64,000 nt of DNA from the NCBI GenBank assembly GCA_964354105.1, contig CAYGXM010000002.1, positions 14,398-78,397 on the forward strand, read 5' to 3'. The notes beneath the pieces are model-generated. The model was not told the DNA's origin. It was given only the letters and a program-made list of their open reading frames with translations, and ran no database searches. Positions 58,453 to 64,000 of this stretch are shown in pieces. Position 1 is the first letter of the stretch; each line of letters begins with the position of its first letter. A program made the position numbers and the translations under genes. The DNA comes from Candidatus Woesearchaeota archaeon. GTDB lineage: Archaea > Nanobdellota > Nanobdellia > UBA10117.

Positions 58453-58567
58453 AAATTAACTAAAGAAGATAGTGATTTAAAGACTTCGACAAGCTAAAAC
58501 TAAAAAGCCTTAATCGTAAGGCTTTTTAACCAGCGTTTTAGTGTTGTATTGGAGGATTAAGATTAAC

Positions 58568-58894
58568 ATGCCTGCTAAAAAAACTACAGCTAAACCAAAA
58601 GGAAAACAAGATATCGTAGCAAAAGCCAAGCCAGAAGGCAAATTAACTGGAAAGAAACTTGTCGGAACCATAACACACTTCTTTGACAAGATTTCAGTTG
58701 CAGTAATCAGCGTCAGTGCTCCAATTTCAGTAGGCGACGAGCTTGCTATTGAAGGTCCAATGACAAACATCAAGATGAAAGTAACATCAATGCAAGTCGA
58801 GCACGAGGCAGTCAAGACTGCAAAGAAGGGCGACGATATCGGAATGAAAGTTCCTTCAGCTGTTAGAGCTAAAGACCTTGTTTACAAGGTCTAA
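58568..58894 (+). CDS. small beta-barrel protein (EF-Tu domain II/peptidase U32 C-terminus-like)
   Basis: VGTITHFFDKISVA, VTSMQVEH, GDDIGMKV..VR..DLVYKV. Confidence 0.85.
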   Translation: MPAKKTTAKPKGKQDIVAKAKPEGKLTGKKLVGTITHFFDKISVAVISVSAPISVGDELAIEGPMTNIKMKVTSMQVEHEAVKTAKKGDDIGMKVPSAVRAKDLVYKV

Positions 58895-58978
58895 TTTTCT
58901 TACTTTATTTTTCTCTAGAAATTTTACCGATATACATATATACCAAAATCCCATCTGAAAGCTAAGGAGGCAATGTAA

Positions 58979-59452
58979 ATGGCTAAAAAGAAACTGAAGA
59001 ATTACACTTGGCTCATTGTTGCGGCAATCGTAGTCCTGGCAGTAATAGTATTGTCATCAGGTGGAGAAGGCGGAGCACTTGCAAAATACTATGCACCTGC
59101 TAAAATAATGCCTGTACCGGCGCCAACTGCATTCAAATCTTGTGATTTTATAGGTGCAAAGGCCTTAGAAAGTTATATTGGCCTAACTGGTAGTGATGTT
59201 TGCAAAAGCTTAGGTTATACAATGTGCGGCGGAGAATTTTTAATGCAAAGTACTAGCTACTACACATCTGCAAATGGGAATTGCACGGCAAGCACGTGGA
59301 GAGATTATCCATTACAGCCTATATCTACCATACCTGAAGGTTGCGGCGCACAAATTGTAAAAGGGGATCAATGCACTACAATCGGAAGCGGCAGTAGCGC
59401 CGTAGATGAACGAAAATTATCGTCTACTGGACTATTTTGCTGTAAAGCTTAA
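58979..59452 (+). CDS. membrane-anchored Cys-rich protein
   Basis: N-terminal TM, eight Cys ending FCCKA; AGGAG Shine-Dalgarno. Confidence 0.75.
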   Translation: MAKKKLKNYTWLIVAAIVVLAVIVLSSGGEGGALAKYYAPAKIMPVPAPTAFKSCDFIGAKALESYIGLTGSDVCKSLGYTMCGGEFLMQSTSYYTSANGNCTASTWRDYPLQPISTIPEGCGAQIVKGDQCTTIGSGSSAVDERKLSSTGLFCCKA

Positions 59453-59603
59453 TTCTTTTATTTTTAATTTTTATTAAATAATCCAAACCTATTTATCAAG
59501 GCTTCCTTTCAACACTTGCTAACTGAAAACATAGTTTTCAGTGGCACAATTGAAAGGTTCTTCCTTTCAATATGTTTTTAAAATTAACATCTATGATAGT
59601 AGT

Positions 59604-59990
59604 ATGAAAGACAGCCCTGAGAAAATAATTTTTATAATAACTCCGGTGCGCGAAATCACAGATGGCGAAAATCAATTCTTAAAAAATTACATCGCCCAGC
59701 TTGAATCCAAAGGCTATAAAGTTCATTTTCCGCCCAGAGACACAGACCAAACCGACAAAGTTGGATTAGACATATGCGCCGCAAACAGAGAAGCGATGCG
59801 AATGGCTAATGAAGTGCATATTTATTGGAATGCAAAAAGTGAAGGCAGCAAATTTGATTTTGGCATGGTATTCATGGCTGAAAAACCAATAATTCTAATT
59901 AATAGAGACGCCGTTCTGCCGACACCTTACAAAAGCTTTCAAAATGTCCTTTTAGCACTCGATGCCAAATATAGAGAAAAAAAGGCTTAG
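59604..59990 (+). CDS. nucleoside 2-deoxyribosyltransferase-like protein
   Basis: IFIITP, GYKVHFPPRD, SEGSKFDFGM..KPI. Confidence 0.7.
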   Translation: MKDSPEKIIFIITPVREITDGENQFLKNYIAQLESKGYKVHFPPRDTDQTDKVGLDICAANREAMRMANEVHIYWNAKSEGSKFDFGMVFMAEKPIILINRDAVLPTPYKSFQNVLLALDAKYREKKA

Positions 59991-60041
59991 TTTACAAGGT
60001 CTAAACACTAGTCTTATATTTCTATCTTTTTAGTTTATTTG

Positions 60042-60443
60042 ATGGCTGAAGCAGAATATTGGGATGCGCATATCTCTGTAGATACTATAAAAGCAGCAAA
60101 TCAAGGTATTCCCAGCCTTTATGCATACTTAATGAAAAATGGCATGCCCTTGGAATTAACAAAATGCAAACTTTTGCCAACACAAAGCGAAGAAGTAGTT
60201 TATCATTTGGATGGCTGCACTGCTTTTTACACAATATTTAACGAACCTAAAAAAGAAACTGAAATGCTGAGGTTAATTGGACCACAGGAAAATATAGATA
60301 AAGCTCTAGAGAAAATCAAAAAATTTATACCTCAAGCAGCGGTTCCATCTTACAAAATGGAAAATGGACTGAAAAGCAATTCGACGCTTACAAACATAAA
60401 ACCAGCTATATATTATGATCTCGAAAATAAGCTCCGCACTTAA
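60042..60443 (+). CDS. hypothetical protein
   Basis: 133-aa ATG ORF. Confidence 0.6.
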   Translation: MAEAEYWDAHISVDTIKAANQGIPSLYAYLMKNGMPLELTKCKLLPTQSEEVVYHLDGCTAFYTIFNEPKKETEMLRLIGPQENIDKALEKIKKFIPQAAVPSYKMENGLKSNSTLTNIKPAIYYDLENKLRT

Positions 60444-60495
60444 GAGTAGAGCATCCTTTCAACAGGCTTTTAAATTCTGTTAGCATTCTATTTTC

Positions 60496-60882
60496 ATGCC
60501 ATTAAAGATAACTCCGACACAAAGTGTTGGAGGAATAGCTAAACACCACGTAGGTACACATTTAGCTATAATCCCATCAACTGCAAGGGAACGCAAAAGG
60601 TATTTGTTGGTCAAGATTGAATCATCTGATGCTGTAGACAGAAGAGACCTTGAAAATGCAATCCTGAACAGCTGTCTGCAGTTCTTAGGAGAATTAGGTG
60701 TAGCACGTGCTGGGATTATTGTGATGTCTGATACTTATGACGGCAAAAAAGTGATTGTAAAAACAGGGCATAAATTTATTGATGAAACAAAATCTGCAAT
60801 AAGTCTTATAAAGTCTATAGGCAACAAAAAAGTGAGGCTAAGTACTGTTAAGGTGTCTGGCTCGCTATTAAAATTGAAATAG
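60496..60882 (+). CDS. RNase P protein Pop5/Rpp14
   Basis: PSTARERKRYL, FLGELG, VSGSL; upstream of proteasome alpha. Confidence 0.85.
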   Translation: MPLKITPTQSVGGIAKHHVGTHLAIIPSTARERKRYLLVKIESSDAVDRRDLENAILNSCLQFLGELGVARAGIIVMSDTYDGKKVIVKTGHKFIDETKSAISLIKSIGNKKVRLSTVKVSGSLLKLK

Positions 60883-60892
60883 GTGATGAATA

Positions 60893-61585
60893 ATGCAAGT
60901 TTTACCGCAACAGGCAATGGGTTATGACCGCACAAGCACTGTGTTCAGCCCAGACGGTCGTTTATTACAGGTAGAGTATGCTAAAAAAGCTGTAAGCCAT
61001 GGTGCAACAACACTGGGCATAGTTTACAAAGACGGCATTTTGCTGGTTGCAGACAGGCGCATTACAGAGAAATTAATGGTCGCAGAGTCTGTACACAAGA
61101 TTTCAAAAATAGACGAGCACATTGTTGCAACTTTCTCAGGACTGACATCTGATGCAAGAATTTTGATTAAAAGATGCAGATTATTCGCGCAGCAGCATAA
61201 ATTAACTTATGGAGAATCTGTTGATGTTGAAGGGGTTGTAAAATATATTTCAGATTTGGAGCAATCATTTACACAGTATGGCGGAATCAGGCCATTTGGA
61301 ATTGCATTCTTGATTGCAGGAATCGACAAAAAGGGTTTGAGTTTGATTGAAACTGACCCGTCTGGAATCTACACGCAATATACTGCAAGGGCAATCGGCT
61401 CCGGCTGTGTAGAAGCAAACAAGCTTCTTGACAGGAAATACAGGGACGGAATGAAGCTGGAAGAAGCCCAAAAGCTGGCCATAGAGATTTTCAAGGAAAT
61501 TCTGGCAAAAGAATTCAGCATAGAGAGGCTGGAAACTTCAGCAGTAACATCAAAAGGCGTAGAGATGATTACGCTGAAAGAATAA
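60893..61585 (+). CDS. psmA: proteasome subunit alpha
   Basis: YDRTSTVFSPDGRLLQVEYA, GLTSDAR, RPFG, TDPSG; AGGTGA Shine-Dalgarno. Confidence 0.96.
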   Translation: MQVLPQQAMGYDRTSTVFSPDGRLLQVEYAKKAVSHGATTLGIVYKDGILLVADRRITEKLMVAESVHKISKIDEHIVATFSGLTSDARILIKRCRLFAQQHKLTYGESVDVEGVVKYISDLEQSFTQYGGIRPFGIAFLIAGIDKKGLSLIETDPSGIYTQYTARAIGSGCVEANKLLDRKYRDGMKLEEAQKLAIEIFKEILAKEFSIERLETSAVTSKGVEMITLKE

Positions 61586-62116
61586 TCATAGAACTGAGTA
61601 AACTACTTCAAATTCTTCTTTAGGTGTCATAGAACCGTTATTTAGAACCAGGTTATAACTGCTCAAGCGTCTATAGTCATAACGTTTACCCCAGATTGTT
61701 TTGCCCATCTGCAATTCATCCTGTTCCCTGTCCAAAAGGATTTTCTCTATTTCGTTCAAAGTTTTTCCATAATACTTCCCAATTTCAACTGCGCGCTGCG
61801 CCCGTACTTGCAAAGGCGCGGTAACAAAGACTTTGAAAGTTTTAGGACCAAACATATGCACATACCGGGCATCTGCAATTATGCGACCTTGATCTACCAA
61901 ATATTTTAATGCATCATTAACCGCCTTATTTTCCTCAGCACTTGTGTTTTTCCAATAGGTTTCAAAGGGGATATCAGGGCATTCTTGTTTATGGCGTTCA
62001 CGCCATATCCCGCCAACTGTACGTATTTTCCAGTTTAAATTCACTGAAAGTAGCTCTGCTAGCGATGATTTTCCTGAACCGGGCAAGCCTGAAATCGCTA
62101 TAGAGTTATGTTTCAT
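61586..62116 (-). CDS. cmk: archaeal-type cytidylate kinase
   Basis: IAISGLPGSGKS, VGGIWRE, APLQVRAQR. Confidence 0.75.
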   Translation of the reverse strand: MKHNSIAISGLPGSGKSSLAELLSVNLNWKIRTVGGIWRERHKQECPDIPFETYWKNTSAEENKAVNDALKYLVDQGRIIADARYVHMFGPKTFKVFVTAPLQVRAQRAVEIGKYYGKTLNEIEKILLDREQDELQMGKTIWGKRYDYRRLSSYNLVLNNGSMTPKEEFEVVYSVL

Positions 62117-62167
62117 GACAAATAGCTGAGAGAAAAGGGTTAAATATCTTATTCTTGTGTCTAAAGC

Positions 62168-62896
62168 ATGTCAAACGGCAGACCAACATTTACATTCATC
62201 AAGGAAAAGATTTCATTTAACATAGCACACATTACGAAAGGCGGCGAGCGCTTTGAAATTGTTTTGAAAGACCCTGACAAAGCCTTGGAATTCAGGCAGG
62301 GAAAAGAAATTGACCCAAGGGACTTTTTAGAATCATTTGAAGTCTGGGCAGATGCCAAGAAAGGTGAAAAGCAGTCTGCCGGCAAGATGAAGCAATGGCT
62401 CGGCACAGATGACCCTATTGAAGCCGCCAAAGTAATTCTAAGAAAGGGCGAATTGCATCTTACAGAAGAGCAGAGAAAGCGAATGTTTGACGTCAAGCGT
62501 GTTAAAATTATACAATACATTCACCAAAATGCATCAGACCCTAGAACAGGGGCGCCGCATCCAATACAAAGAATTGAACAGGCAATGGAGCAGGCTAAGG
62601 TGCAGATAGATGCTTACCAGCCTGCCGAAGCCCAAATTGAAACTATAATCAAGCAGTTAAGGCCAATCATGCCTTTAAGTTTTGAAAAAGCCAAGTTTAC
62701 AGTTCACCTGCCAGTGCAGTATGCCAGCTCAGCATATTCAACTCTAAAGAAGAAATACGCTCTGCAGAATGAAGATTGGCAGAATGACGGCTCTGTAAAG
62801 TTCACAATGGAATGCCCAGCAGGCCTGAAGACAGAAATCTGGGCCCTCATAAACAAGCTGACAGCAGGCTCAGCAGTAATTGAAGAGAAAAAATAA
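62168..62896 (+). CDS. ribosome maturation factor SBDS
   Basis: GERFEI, DAKKGE, GELHLT.EQR, DPRT..PHP..RIE.AM. Confidence 0.95.
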   Translation: MSNGRPTFTFIKEKISFNIAHITKGGERFEIVLKDPDKALEFRQGKEIDPRDFLESFEVWADAKKGEKQSAGKMKQWLGTDDPIEAAKVILRKGELHLTEEQRKRMFDVKRVKIIQYIHQNASDPRTGAPHPIQRIEQAMEQAKVQIDAYQPAEAQIETIIKQLRPIMPLSFEKAKFTVHLPVQYASSAYSTLKKKYALQNEDWQNDGSVKFTMECPAGLKTEIWALINKLTAGSAVIEEKK

Positions 62897-62903
62897 ATTT
62901 AAT

Positions 62904-63758
62904 TTACTTTGCTGAATCATAAATTATATTTGCATCTTTTTCTGTCATGTTTTTGGTTATTTTTGCTACAAGACTGTCATAACTATCCAAATTATCAAAC
63001 ACACTTTTAATTACAGAGTTGAAAGTTTTACCTACCACACTTAGCAATTTATCTGTCACTTCATCTATTTCGTAATCTGCTTTAGCATCTGCAATAATAA
63101 AATCGAGCGCCTCCAAAACTGCTGTGCCCATCGTTAACATAATTGTCTTATGCATTGCCCCTGTTTCTTCTATATGTTTAAAATAAGCCTCTTTGGTTGG
63201 GAATAATTCTCTAATTATATTATCTTGAATATCATCTTGCATAGCCACTTCAATCCCCTTTTCTTTAGCTATGCCTGTTAATTTGGCAACTTTAATGTCG
63301 TATATTCTCATTTGCGCGATTGCTCGTCTCATTTGCGCATCTATTGCAGGCAGACCTGCAATTTGTAAACCATCATTTTGGCACTCTTTAACAAATTTTT
63401 CATAACTATCTTCCCATTCCCGCTCCATAGTACTTGCATCTTTTGAAGGCGACGGTTTCAAAAGTTTATCTAATGATAATTCTGATTTAAAATACTCCAT
63501 AAAAGGAATAGCTATGCGTTGTATCGTCTCGTTCAACGCCTTAGCTTCTTCGCTGTCAAATCCAGCGCCGGCTTCAGTAGTTATTTCAATAATATCCTTT
63601 TCGCCTTGTTCTATATTTTCTTGAATTTTATTAGCATATGTTTCGCCCAATTTTTCAAACTCTGTTTTAATTTCAGGCCGTGCATCGACATAGGCTTTTA
63701 ATTCATCACTACTTTCTTGACTAAGTCGCTGTCTGACTATTTGTTCCATAGAATCCAT
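62904..63758 (-). CDS. acidic helical hypothetical protein
   Basis: Long ORF; ATG 63758 preferred. Confidence 0.7.
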   Translation of the reverse strand: MDSMEQIVRQRLSQESSDELKAYVDARPEIKTEFEKLGETYANKIQENIEQGEKDIIEITTEAGAGFDSEEAKALNETIQRIAIPFMEYFKSELSLDKLLKPSPSKDASTMEREWEDSYEKFVKECQNDGLQIAGLPAIDAQMRRAIAQMRIYDIKVAKLTGIAKEKGIEVAMQDDIQDNIIRELFPTKEAYFKHIEETGAMHKTIMLTMGTAVLEALDFIIADAKADYEIDEVTDKLLSVVGKTFNSVIKSVFDNLDSYDSLVAKITKNMTEKDANIIYDSAK

Positions 63759-63820
63759 ATCGGCAGAAATAATAAGGATAAGCTTAAAAATTCTTGCACG
63801 AATTATAGTTGAAGAGAAAA

Positions 63821-64000
63821 ATGACAATAAATAATTCTGGCGGTGTTAAGAAATATGATGGCCAACCTATGCCTAACAAAAAATCAAAACAATCAATATT
63901 TGAAGAATCGTTAGAAGATTTTTTTGAAAACTTTGAATTTGACAAGCCAGTAAGCTATGACCCTCCAATTAAAGATTACCCACCAAAACAGCCCCTACAA
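63821..64000 (+). CDS. partial hypothetical protein running off the window edge
   Basis: ATG 63821, open to the end (MTINNSGG..FEESLEDFFENF..). Confidence 0.45.
   Translation, partial: MTINNSGGVKKYDGQPMPNKKSKQSIFEESLEDFFENFEFDKPVSYDPPIKDYPPKQPLQ

Larger units (their letters stand above)
58880..60004 (+). repeat. 15-bp perfect direct repeat GTTTACAAGGTCTAA
   Basis: 58880-58894 (gene 3' end) and 59990-60004. Confidence 0.8.

Noticed and set aside
58090..58513. Possible rpl24e 3'-end duplication (AAGCAAAAGTTAAAGCTTAA vs AAGCTAAAACTAAAAAGCCTTAA)
   Set aside because: Gapped and A-rich; too weak to count
61570..62140. Possible psmA 3'-end duplication around cmk (GCTGAAAGAA vs GCTGAGAGAA)
   Set aside because: A 9/10 match in purine-rich sequence could be chance
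1..64000. tRNA, rRNA or transposase genes
   Set aside because: Intergenic gaps are short and AT-rich with no cloverleaf or T-loop motif seen, and no DDE/HUH/integrase motifs; tRNAscan-SE and Infernal would be needed to be sure

Overview
Gene-dense, AT-rich archaeal chromosome segment. The archaeal-type TyrRS, GluRS, aIF5B, L7Ae, S28e, L24e, Pop5, proteasome alpha, SBDS and Lhr-metallophosphoesterase genes, the form III RuBisCO plus R15P isomerase and the giant surface proteins suggest a DPANN (Woesearchaeota/Pacearchaeota-like) organism; this placement is inferred. I saw no rRNA, tRNA, CRISPR array or transposase. Three things stand out. (1) A compact four-gene minus-strand operon at 44277-47008 encodes a beta-grasp-like protein with a C-terminal tail, a divergent E2-like protein, a JAMM protease and a ThiF/E1 enzyme. 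This is a candidate ubiquitin-like conjugation system in the same gene order as bacterial BilABCD antiviral systems. (2) Accessory genes are repeatedly inserted behind core genes and bracketed by copies of the core gene's 3' end. The clearest case is a three-cassette array behind infB separated by 33-bp repeats encoding 'TWG(L/S)*'. (3) A ~22-kb cell-surface locus holds 3488-aa and 1409-aa proteins, a shared unnamed CxxxC domain and a pilin/WxL-like gene set. All family calls come from motif recognition by eye, not database searches.
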